NCBI GenBank assembly: GCA_963796685.1
Contig: CAWCMR010000025.1
Location: 1,920,001-1,984,000, forward strand
Length of the DNA stretch: 64,000 bases
Direction of reading: 5' to 3'
From: an uncultured delta proteobacterium
Lineage (GTDB): Bacteria > Myxococcota_A > Polyangia > Fen-1088
Shown here: one piece after another, positions 56,096 through 64,000 of the stretch
Position numbering within the stretch: the stretch's first letter is position 1
Layout: the number at the start of each line of letters is the position of its first letter
The notes under the pieces: model-generated
Database searches by the model: none
Seen by the model: only the letters and a program-made list of their open reading frames with translations
Told to the model about the DNA's origin: nothing
Program-made: the position numbers and the translations under genes

Positions 56096-57060
56096 AGATC
56101 CTGCTTACGGGCGCCGCCGGGTTCATCGGCTCGCACCTTGCCGAGAGACTGTGTGGCCGCGGCGACGGCGTGACCGGCTTCGATAACTTCGACCCGTTCT
56201 ATCCACGCGAGGGGAAGGAGCGGAACGTGGCCGGGCTGCTTGCGCGCAAGGATTTCCAGCTGGTCGAGGGTGACCTGACCGATCCGCACGACGTGGATCA
56301 GGCGTTCGACGTGGCGGGGCAAGTCGACGCCGTCGTGCACCTGGCCGCGCTGGCAGGCGTGCAGCCGTCCATCGCCAATCCCGGTCGCACCTGGAACGTG
56401 AACGTCAACGGAACCTTGCACTTGCTCCACGCCTGCCGCGAACGCGGGGTGAAGCGCCTCGTGTTCGCCTCGTCGTCCTCGGTGTATGGCCTCGACAGCG
56501 ATGTGCCCTTTTCCGAATCCGATCCGTGCGGCCATCCCATGTCGCCCTACGCCGCGACCAAGCGCGCGGGCGAGCTGATGGCCTTCAACCACCATCACCT
56601 GTACGGCGCGAGCGTCACCTGCCTGCGCTTCTTCACCGTGTACGGTCCGCGCCAGCGCCCCGATCTCGCCATTCACAAGTTCACGCGCCTCATCGCCGCC
56701 GGACAACCCATCGAGCTCTTCGGCGACGGCACCACCTCGCGCGATTACACCTGGATCGACGACATCCTCGACGGTGTGGTCGCCGCCATCGACCAGCAGG
56801 TCCGGGATCCGCGAACCGCGTATCGCATCTACAACTTGGGCGGCTCGCGGCCGACCACCTTGCGCGAGCTGGTCGACCGCATCCAGTCGGCGCTGGGCAA
56901 GCAGGCCGTCATCGCGTGGAAGCCCGAGCAGCCGGGCGACATGAAACACACCCTGGCCGATGTCGACCTGGCGCAGGGCGATCTCGGCTACTCGCCCAAG
57001 GTGTCCATCGACGTCGGCATCCCGCGCTTCGTCGACTGGTGGCGGTCGGCGAATCGTTGA
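56092..57060 (+). CDS. NAD-dependent nucleotide-sugar epimerase
   Basis: TGAAGFIG, HLAALAGV, ASSSSVYG, YAATK, RFFTVYGPRQRPDLA. Confidence 0.92.
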   Translation: MKILLTGAAGFIGSHLAERLCGRGDGVTGFDNFDPFYPREGKERNVAGLLARKDFQLVEGDLTDPHDVDQAFDVAGQVDAVVHLAALAGVQPSIANPGRTWNVNVNGTLHLLHACRERGVKRLVFASSSSVYGLDSDVPFSESDPCGHPMSPYAATKRAGELMAFNHHHLYGASVTCLRFFTVYGPRQRPDLAIHKFTRLIAAGQPIELFGDGTTSRDYTWIDDILDGVVAAIDQQVRDPRTAYRIYNLGGSRPTTLRELVDRIQSALGKQAVIAWKPEQPGDMKHTLADVDLAQGDLGYSPKVSIDVGIPRFVDWWRSANR

Positions 57061-57062
57061 GA

Positions 57063-57136
57063 TGGAAACCCTGGGAGGGTTTCCAAACCTTCCCGCGATG
57101 GTTCGCGGCCGGCAAAGCCGGCCGGCTCCCCACGCG
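57063..57136. repeat. intergenic cluster of short palindromes between convergent genes (REP-like or terminator)
   Basis: TGGAAACCCT-GGG-AGGGTTTCCA; CGCGA-TGGT-TCGCG; GGCCGGC-AAA-GCCGGCC. Confidence 0.5.
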
Positions 57137-57147
57137 ACTGCCCCAAA

Positions 57148-57669
57148 TCAAGTCGGATACACGATGTTCGTGATGGTCAGCTCGCGCTGGCCCTTGTCCC
57201 AGCGAACCTGCACGGTGTCGCCGATCTCCTTGCCGATGAGCCCCCGGCCCACGGGCGACTGCCACGAGATGGCGCCGCCCGCGCTGTCGATCTCGTCCGA
57301 GCCCACGATGCTGAAGGTCTGCTTTTCGCCCTCCTCGTCCTCGACCGTGACGGTGGCGCCGAAGAAGACCCGGTCGCGCCGCTTCTGTTCGCGCGCGTCC
57401 ACGATCACGGCGATGTCCAGACGTTTGCCGAGGAAGCGCATGCGCCCGTCGATCTGGCGCAGCTGGCGTTTGCGGTAGATGTACTCGGCGTTTTCCGAGC
57501 GGTCGCCTTCGGCGGCGGCGTCGGTGAGGGCGCTCACCACCTCGGGCCGCTTCTTGGTCTGCAGAAAGTCGAGCTCCTGGGTCAGCTTGTGGTAGCCGGC
57601 CGGCGTGATGTAGTTCTTCTCGCCTTTGGTTTCTTTCTCTCTGGGCGGGTCGAGGGTTTTGCGCACCAT
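57148..57669 (-). CDS. greB: transcription elongation factor GreB
   Basis: NYITPAGY..L..EL, AAAEGDRSENAEYIY.K..LRQIDGR.RFL, ISWQSPVGR; start moved to ATG 57669. Confidence 0.92.
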   Translation of the reverse strand: MVRKTLDPPREKETKGEKNYITPAGYHKLTQELDFLQTKKRPEVVSALTDAAAEGDRSENAEYIYRKRQLRQIDGRMRFLGKRLDIAVIVDAREQKRRDRVFFGATVTVEDEEGEKQTFSIVGSDEIDSAGGAISWQSPVGRGLIGKEIGDTVQVRWDKGQRELTITNIVYPT

Positions 57670-57732
57670 GGGTACCCCCAGTCTAGGATGAAGATCGCTT
57701 TTGCGGGAATTTGGTGTAGAGCAAAGGCCATC

Positions 57733-58116
57733 ATGCTCGGAAATGCGGAAGCCTTGATTGTGCTCGTCAAGTTTGACTCGAAGGGTCTCGTGCCCGTCAT
57801 CGCCCAGGACCGCGCCACCGGCGTGGTGCGCATGCTGGCCTGGGCCAACAGCGAAGCCTTGCGCGCGACCATCGCCAAGGAGCGCGCCACCTTCTGGAGC
57901 CGCTCGCGCAGCGAGCTGTGGGAAAAGGGCGCCACCAGCGGCAACTCGATGAAGGTGTACGACGTGCGCCTCGACTGCGACGGCGACGCCATCTTGTACA
58001 TCGTGGATGCCATGGGACCGTCCTGCCACACGGGGGCGACCTCGTGCTTCTTCCGCACCGTCACGCCGGACGGACTCGCGACCGACGACGGTCCGGCCAG
58101 CTTCAACAAAGCCTAA
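57733..58116 (+). CDS. hisI: phosphoribosyl-AMP cyclohydrolase
   Basis: GLVPVIAQD, WSRSRSELWEKGATSGN, DCDGDA, CHTGATSCFF. Confidence 0.92.
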   Translation: MLGNAEALIVLVKFDSKGLVPVIAQDRATGVVRMLAWANSEALRATIAKERATFWSRSRSELWEKGATSGNSMKVYDVRLDCDGDAILYIVDAMGPSCHTGATSCFFRTVTPDGLATDDGPASFNKA

Positions 58117-58130
58117 CCTAGGCTAGCCTC

Positions 58131-60113
58131 TTGCTGCTCGAAGAGTCCGTGGCCGAGATCCTTCGTCCGGGCGGAGCGCTGGCACACGCCCTGCCGGGGT
58201 ACGAGCCGCGGCCGGGGCAGCTGGCCATGGCCGAGCGGGTGGCGCGGGCCATCGATCTCGACGAGCGCCTCCTCGTCGAGGCGGGCACGGGCACGGGCAA
58301 GACCATGGCCTACCTCGTGCCCGCCATCCTCTCCGGCCGCCGCGTGGTGGTGTCGACGGGAACGCGCAACCTGCAGGATCAGATCGCCAGCGTGGATCTG
58401 CCGCGCCTCGGCCGTGTGCTGCCGCGGCCGTTTTCGTTCGCGGTGATGAAGGGCATCGGCAACTACGTGTGCCTGCGCCGCTTGGCCGAGCACCAACGGC
58501 AGCTGACCTTCGCCACCGGCCCCGAGACGGCCCGCGTTCTCGATTGGGTCGGGCGCAGCAAGACCGGCGACCGCGCCGACCTCGACGGGGTTCCCGAGGA
58601 CGCGCCCATCTGGCGCGAGATTGTGTCCAGCCCCGAAACCCGCCTGGGCAAGCGCTGTCCCTTCGTCGCCGATTGCTTCATCACCGGCATGCGCCGACGC
58701 GCCCAGGAGGCGCAGGTCGTGGTCGTCAACCATCACCTCTTCTTCGCGGATCTGGCCCTGCGCAGCCGCTTTCCCGAGGCCCAGGTGCTGCCCAGCTACG
58801 AGGCGGTCGTCTTCGACGAAGCCCATCAGCTCGAAGACGTGGCCACCGAGATCTTCGGCGTGCAGGCGTCATCGCTGCGCCTCTTCGCCTTGGGGCGGGA
58901 CATCGAGCGCGCGCCCGTGGAGTCGCTGGCCGCCGTACGTGTGGAATCCGCGGCGCGGCGGCTGGAGGCGGCGACCCATGTGCTGGTCCAGGTCCTGCGC
59001 GGGCGGCTGCCGCGCAAGCTCGGCGACGGCGAGGACTTGCGCATGCCCATGCCCGACGATCTGTGGCAGGGCGAGGTGCTGGCCCGCTACCACGAGCTCG
59101 ATACGGTTCTCGAGGAAGCGACGGTCATGCTCGGCCGCCTGGCCGAGGACGACATGAGCGATGCGCTCCGCTCTTCGTCGCCGTCGCCGGCCAAGGCCGC
59201 CGTGCTCGCGGGCCTGTCGCAGCGGGCGCAAATCCTGCGCGCGGATCTGGGCGAGATCGTCGGTAGCGCGCGCCGCGATTCGGTGCGCTGGATCGCGCTG
59301 TCCTCGCGCAACGTGACCCTGCGCGCGTCGCCGGTAGCTGTGGCGCCGCTTCTACGCCAAACCTTCGACGGTCATCCCGGACCCCTGGTCTTCACCTCGG
59401 CGACCCTGTCGGCTGCCGGATCCTTCAAGTACATGCGCGAGCGGCTGGGATTGGTGGACACCGCGGCCGAGGCTGTCTTTTCGTCGCCGTTCCGCTACCG
59501 CGAGCAGGCTCTGCTCTACCTCGCCGAGGATCTTCCCGACCCGACCCAAGAGGGATTCGCCGAGGCGGCGGCCAGGCGCGCGCTCGAGCTGTGCCGGCTT
59601 TCGCACGGACGCGCGCTCTTGCTCTTCACCAGCTTCAGGAACCTGCGCGTCGCCGAGCACGTGTTTCGCACCGACGACGGGTTCCCGCTTCTGGTCCAAG
59701 GCGAACGCCCGCGCCAGGCGCTGCTCGCCCAGCTGCGCACGCGCGTGGGCTCGGTGCTGCTGGCCACCCAGAGCTTCTGGGAGGGCGTCGATGTACCCGG
59801 CGAGGCCCTGTCGCTGGTCGCCATCGATCGCTTGCCCTTCGCGGTCCCCGACGATCCCCTGACCGCCGCGCGCATCGAGAGCATCCGCGAGGACGGCGGC
59901 GATCCTTTTGCCAGTTACCAGATCCCGCGCGCCGCTCTCGCGCTCAAGCAGGGCTTCGGCCGCCTCATTCGCAGCCGCAAGGATCGCGGCGTGGTGGCCA
60001 TCCTGGACGGCCGCATCCTGCGCAGGAACTACGGCGCCACTCTCCTCAAGAGCTTGCCCGAACCCTGCCCTCGCACCCACCTGCTCGACGACGTGCGCGC
60101 TTTTTTCAGATAG
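58131..60113 (+). CDS. DinG/YoaA-family ATP-dependent helicase
   Basis: EAGTGTGKT, KG..NYVC, VVVNHHL, FDEAHQL, TSATL, SFWEGVDVPG, KQGFGRLIRS. Confidence 0.92.
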   Translation: MLLEESVAEILRPGGALAHALPGYEPRPGQLAMAERVARAIDLDERLLVEAGTGTGKTMAYLVPAILSGRRVVVSTGTRNLQDQIASVDLPRLGRVLPRPFSFAVMKGIGNYVCLRRLAEHQRQLTFATGPETARVLDWVGRSKTGDRADLDGVPEDAPIWREIVSSPETRLGKRCPFVADCFITGMRRRAQEAQVVVVNHHLFFADLALRSRFPEAQVLPSYEAVVFDEAHQLEDVATEIFGVQASSLRLFALGRDIERAPVESLAAVRVESAARRLEAATHVLVQVLRGRLPRKLGDGEDLRMPMPDDLWQGEVLARYHELDTVLEEATVMLGRLAEDDMSDALRSSSPSPAKAAVLAGLSQRAQILRADLGEIVGSARRDSVRWIALSSRNVTLRASPVAVAPLLRQTFDGHPGPLVFTSATLSAAGSFKYMRERLGLVDTAAEAVFSSPFRYREQALLYLAEDLPDPTQEGFAEAAARRALELCRLSHGRALLLFTSFRNLRVAEHVFRTDDGFPLLVQGERPRQALLAQLRTRVGSVLLATQSFWEGVDVPGEALSLVAIDRLPFAVPDDPLTAARIESIREDGGDPFASYQIPRAALALKQGFGRLIRSRKDRGVVAILDGRILRRNYGATLLKSLPEPCPRTHLLDDVRAFFR

Positions 60114-60128
60114 TGTGGTGGAAACCGA

Positions 60129-60608
60129 CTATTTCCCTCGCCTGAAATACGCCGCCTGCGCCAGGTCGCTGGCGGACTCGTCGGCTCGGCGCTCGGCCTT
60201 TCGCTTTGCCTCGGCGTCCGCGCGCTCGCGGAGCTTCTCGATAGCCGCGCGTGACTTGCGGGCTTCCTCGTAGGCGGCCTGGGCCGCGCTCTCGGCCGCC
60301 AGGGCCGTCGCCAATCCCGTCCGGCGGTGTTCTTCGGCGAGGCTGGCCAAGCGGGCCGCCTCGTCGCGCAGGCGAACGAGGTAGTGCCCGCGCGCCGCGG
60401 CCTGCGCCGCCGTGGTCGGGCTCGGGCCGATGGCCAGGCGTCCATCCTCGCGCGCCGCCCTGTCGCGGGCCTCTTGCCAGCGCGCCATCAGCCGCGCCTG
60501 TTCTTCTTCCTCCTTGCGACGCAGGGAAGCGGCCAGGTCGAGCGCTCGTCGTGCGCCCTCCTCGGCGTTGCGCCGGAGGTCAAGCAGGGTTTGCAAGGCA
60601 GAAGACAT
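60129..60608 (-). CDS. FliJ/YscO-like coiled-coil protein
   Basis: ALQTLLDLR..AEE.A...L...; AYEEARK...AIEKLRER...E; ~160 aa, all-helical. Confidence 0.5.
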   Translation of the reverse strand: MSSALQTLLDLRRNAEEGARRALDLAASLRRKEEEEQARLMARWQEARDRAAREDGRLAIGPSPTTAAQAAARGHYLVRLRDEAARLASLAEEHRRTGLATALAAESAAQAAYEEARKSRAAIEKLRERADAEAKRKAERRADESASDLAQAAYFRRGK

Positions 60609-60659
60609 GGAAGCTGCGTGGCGTTGCGTCTTGGGCCAAGGGAGCTTAGTGTTGACCCA

Positions 60660-62246
60660 ATGGCTGCCCAAGTTCCGTCGAGGAAGTATCGCATCGAGCG
60701 GTACCTCGCAGAAGGGGGCATGGGTGCGATCTATGTGGGTAAGAAGATTGGCCCGGGCGGCTTCGAAAAGGAAGTCGTTCTCAAGCAGCTCTTACCCGAG
60801 TTCACCAGCCGGCCTGAATTCCGCGACCTGTTTTTTCGCGAGGCCAAGATCTCGGCCACCCTCGACCACCAGAACATCGTGCGCACCTTCGATCTGGTGA
60901 ACTCGAACGACCGCTTGTTCATCGTCATGGAGTACGTGCGCGGGGCGGATCTGCGCACCATCGCCTGGCGCGCGCGTCGGCGCAAACCCTTGACGGTGCA
61001 GGCCATTTTGCACGTGGCCATCGAGATCCTGAACGGACTTGCGTACGCCCACAGCCGTCGCTCACCCACGGGCGAACCGCTCGGCATCATTCACCGCGAT
61101 CTGTCGCCGTCCAACATCCTCTGCTCCGGCGAAGGCGAGGTGAAGCTGTCCGATTTCGGCATCGCCAAGGCGGTGACCTATTCGTCGGTCTTCTATCGGG
61201 TTCGGGGCAAGGTCGGCTACATGTCGCCCGAAATGGCGCGCAACCAGCCCATCGACGCACGCAGCGACCTGTTTTCGCTCGGCGTAAGCATCTACGAGAC
61301 GCTCATCGGCGAGCGCATCTACACCGGCGATTTGAACACGCCACCGGACAAGATTTACGCCCAGGCGATTCCGTTGCTTGCCGTCAAGTGCCCGGGGCTG
61401 CCTGCCGGCCTGCAGCCCGTGCTCGACCGCGCGCTGGCCATCGATCGGACCGCCCGCTACCCGGACGCGGAGTCCTTCGCTACGGCCTTGCGGCAGGTGG
61501 CCATCGAGCATCGCCTGCTCTACTCGGCGCCGGAGCTGGCCGCCGAGTTGCGTGAGATCATGGGTTCCGATCCGGAGCACTGGCTCTCCGATCAGCGCGA
61601 TCCGACCCATGCGCGTAGCGTCCAGGCGGCCCGGGCGCAGAGCGCGCTGGCCGGCCACGAGGTGGATTCCCTGGTCGAGCCCGGCTCGGCCGGTCGATCC
61701 GGCAACGATCCGGACATCGAGGATCTGGCCACGCCACCGGCGCGCGCCTCGGCCTCCCTGCCGTCGGCCAGCAGCGGCTCGTCGAGTCGGATGCCGGCCG
61801 TTTCGTCCGCGCGGTCGTCGGGGCAGATGCCGGCACCATCATCGGGCGGGATGGCGGCCGCCACGAACCGAAGTAGAGAAGAAGAGCAGGTCACGCCGCC
61901 GCCGCCCGCACCGCTGCCTCCTGCCGTGCCCATGCTGAACCGGGCGGTCCAGGTTCCTCGTCTGCCCTTCAGGTTCCTGCGCTTCCACCTTTCGAGGCGC
62001 GCCGGCGGCGTCGCGGCCATCAAGCGCTCGCGGCGTGGGCTGTGGTTGCTGCTCCTGCTCGTTCTTGCCGTGTTGCTCGGATTCGCCTTCGTTCGCTTCT
62101 ACATCGGACCGGCCGTCCCGCGCGCGGGGGGAGGAGGGCGGTTCGAATCGTCGGCGCCACGAGCCCGGCTCTGCGACGCCCACCCCGACCGCAAGCACCT
62201 GGCGAGACTCTGCGCAAGCATGGGCTGCGCGAAGACTGAAGGTTGA
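60660..62246 (+). CDS. Ser/Thr protein kinase with C-terminal TM segment
   Basis: LAEGGMGAIY, VVLK, IIHRDLSPSNIL, VKLSDFGIAK, GKVGYMSPE; start ATG 60660. Confidence 0.92.
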   Translation: MAAQVPSRKYRIERYLAEGGMGAIYVGKKIGPGGFEKEVVLKQLLPEFTSRPEFRDLFFREAKISATLDHQNIVRTFDLVNSNDRLFIVMEYVRGADLRTIAWRARRRKPLTVQAILHVAIEILNGLAYAHSRRSPTGEPLGIIHRDLSPSNILCSGEGEVKLSDFGIAKAVTYSSVFYRVRGKVGYMSPEMARNQPIDARSDLFSLGVSIYETLIGERIYTGDLNTPPDKIYAQAIPLLAVKCPGLPAGLQPVLDRALAIDRTARYPDAESFATALRQVAIEHRLLYSAPELAAELREIMGSDPEHWLSDQRDPTHARSVQAARAQSALAGHEVDSLVEPGSAGRSGNDPDIEDLATPPARASASLPSASSGSSSRMPAVSSARSSGQMPAPSSGGMAAATNRSREEEQVTPPPPAPLPPAVPMLNRAVQVPRLPFRFLRFHLSRRAGGVAAIKRSRRGLWLLLLLVLAVLLGFAFVRFYIGPAVPRAGGGGRFESSAPRARLCDAHPDRKHLARLCASMGCAKTEG

Positions 62247-62264
62247 CCGCATTTCCGGGCCAAC

Positions 62265-62615
62265 GTGTTTGAAGCCGCCATTGCATCCGTCCTGCTCGTG
62301 TACCTGGTCCTGCTCGGCACGCTGGGGGTCGAGCTGCAGCTCACCCTTGGGGCCGGATTGGCGCTGGTCGGGCTTCTGGGCGGGGGCGGCGCGGGAATCG
62401 TTTACCACCTGGCCCTGCGTCGGGCGCTCGAGCGTTTGGGCGCGAGCAAGCACGGCTGGTTGTGGTCGCCCGTATCGCGGCATCGTCTGCTCGATGACCA
62501 GGGACTGCGCGAGGTATTGCCCTGGTTTCGTCTGGGCGCAGCCGGCTTCTTCGTGTGCCTCGCAGGCATGGGTATGGTCACGGTTGCGGTGATCAAGGCG
62601 ATGGTTGCGCGCTGA
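62265..62615 (+). CDS. small membrane protein
   Basis: Three hydrophobic segments. Confidence 0.6.
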   Translation: MFEAAIASVLLVYLVLLGTLGVELQLTLGAGLALVGLLGGGGAGIVYHLALRRALERLGASKHGWLWSPVSRHRLLDDQGLREVLPWFRLGAAGFFVCLAGMGMVTVAVIKAMVAR

Positions 62616-62618
62616 ACG

Positions 62619-64000
62619 CTAGCTGCTCGGGTTCGGGCTCAGCGGGATTTGGATGGCGAGGGACGTGCCCATGCCCGGCTTGCCTTCCACGTCCAGGGTT
62701 CCGCCCAGGATGGCAATGCGCTCCTTCATGCCGAGCAATCCGAGAGAGCCGTAGCGTTTGATCTCTTCTTCGGTGATGCCGCGTCCGTTGTCCTTGATGG
62801 AAAGCGAGATATGCTCGGACGAGCAGGCGAGCCGGATGGAAACGCTGGTCGCGCTGGCGTGGCGGGTGACGTTGGTCAGGGCTTCCTGGCACACGCGAAA
62901 GAGCGGCGTGGCCAGATCGAACGGCAGCGAGAGGTCTTCGGGCACGTCGACCGTGCACGGGATCTGCGTGCGCGATTCGAAATCGTGGGCCAGCCATTCG
63001 ATGGCCGCGCCGAGACCCAGATCGTCGAGGATGCTCGGGCGCAGCTCGGAGGAAATGCGGCGCACACAGCGGATGGTGTCCTTGACCAGCTCGACCAGGG
63101 CGGCCACGCGCGCCGCCGCGTCCTTGTTTTCGGGATCGATTTGCCTGTCGAGAAAGGCCAGGTCCATCCCCATACAGGTCAGCGACTGGCCGAGCTCGTC
63201 GTGGATCTCGCGGGCGATGCGCACGCGCTCTTGTTCGCGCACCGATTCCACGTGGGCGGCCAGGGCGCGCAGCTGCTCGCGCGACCGGCGCTGTTCCTCC
63301 TGAAGCTGCCGTCGTTGGGTGATGTCGTGGCCCAGGCCGGTGGTTCCGATCACCTTTCCCGCGGCGTCGAAGACCGGCGACTTGAAGGTCTCGACCCAGC
63401 GCAGGACACCACGGTCCGAGATTTGTTCCTCGACCAGCTTCTGCTGCCGGGTTCGTATGACCTCCTGGTCGTCGGCGACGTACGCTGCTGCAAGCTCCTG
63501 CGGCCAAATGGCGAAGTCGTCGAGCCCCAGCAGCTCCGACGGGTGCGCCTTCCCGGCCGCCTTCGCGAAGGGCTCGTTGACAACCTGGAATTTTCCCTCG
63601 GTGTTCTTCAGCCAGGCCAGGTAGGGCAGGTTGTCGAGCATGCTGCGCAAGTAGGCCTCGCGCAGTGCCAGGGTCTCCTGGACCCGGCGGCGTTCGCTGA
63701 CATCACGGACGATACCGACCACGGCGGCGATATTGCCCGAGGGATCGCGAAACGGCACCAGACGGGTATCGATCCAAACCCTGTTGACGCTTAGATCTTG
63801 CTGGTCCTCGGTGACGACGGTTTCCCCGGTATGAAAGACGTGCTGGATGGCCAGGCTGTGACGGACGGCCAGGTCGTGGGGAAAGAGATCGCTCTGCGTG
63901 CGTCCCACGAGGTCCTCGGCTCTCCCGCCCATGGCGCGCGCCGCAACCTGATTCACGAACAAGACGCGCTCGTCTGGATCGACCACGAACACCATGTCCG
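62619..64000 (-). CDS. PAS-domain sensor histidine kinase (NarX/UhpB type), 5' end outside window
   Basis: Two PAS domains; ERVRIAREIHDELGQ, ELRPSILDDLGL, QEALTNVTRHA, DNGRG, GLLGMKER. Confidence 0.92.
   Translation of the reverse strand, partial: DMVFVVDPDERVLFVNQVAARAMGGRAEDLVGRTQSDLFPHDLAVRHSLAIQHVFHTGETVVTEDQQDLSVNRVWIDTRLVPFRDPSGNIAAVVGIVRDVSERRRVQETLALREAYLRSMLDNLPYLAWLKNTEGKFQVVNEPFAKAAGKAHPSELLGLDDFAIWPQELAAAYVADDQEVIRTRQQKLVEEQISDRGVLRWVETFKSPVFDAAGKVIGTTGLGHDITQRRQLQEEQRRSREQLRALAAHVESVREQERVRIAREIHDELGQSLTCMGMDLAFLDRQIDPENKDAAARVAALVELVKDTIRCVRRISSELRPSILDDLGLGAAIEWLAHDFESRTQIPCTVDVPEDLSLPFDLATPLFRVCQEALTNVTRHASATSVSIRLACSSEHISLSIKDNGRGITEEEIKRYGSLGLLGMKERIAILGGTLDVEGKPGMGTSLAIQIPLSPNPSS

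Overview
GC-rich bacterial DNA, probably Myxococcota-like (inferred from a eukaryote-type Ser/Thr kinase and a TPR plus Cys-rich lipoprotein pair). Left flank (1-3.6 kb): TPP-riboswitch-controlled thiamine operon thiS-thiE-like-thiG-thiH-thiF. Right flank (55.1-64 kb): housekeeping genes (tRNA-Ala, tlyA, sugar epimerase, greB, hisI, DinG-family helicase, kinase, PAS histidine kinase). Between them is a ~50 kb accessory island that ends in a tyrosine integrase next to the tRNA-Ala 3' end; I could not find its left attachment site. The island carries a PafB/PafC-like WYL pair, a DnaA-like/PcfJ-like fusion, a tandem AAA ATPase, ERCC4 and ArdC-like genes, an AddAB/AdnAB-like pair, a PRTase-DprA pair and a ~23 kb minus-strand defence operon (DUF1998 helicase, SNF2 helicase, adenine MTase, YhcG, RhuM, HNH, PD-(D/E)XK, McrBC hit by an IS1634-type element). 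Main discovery: six copies of TGTCAG-N10-YANNNT lie directly upstream of six island transcription units, with the geometry of the mycobacterial PafBC promoter. This suggests a self-contained, ssDNA-inducible PafBC-type regulon controlling defence and repair cargo on a mobile element. All calls come from reading motifs by eye; no database searches were run.
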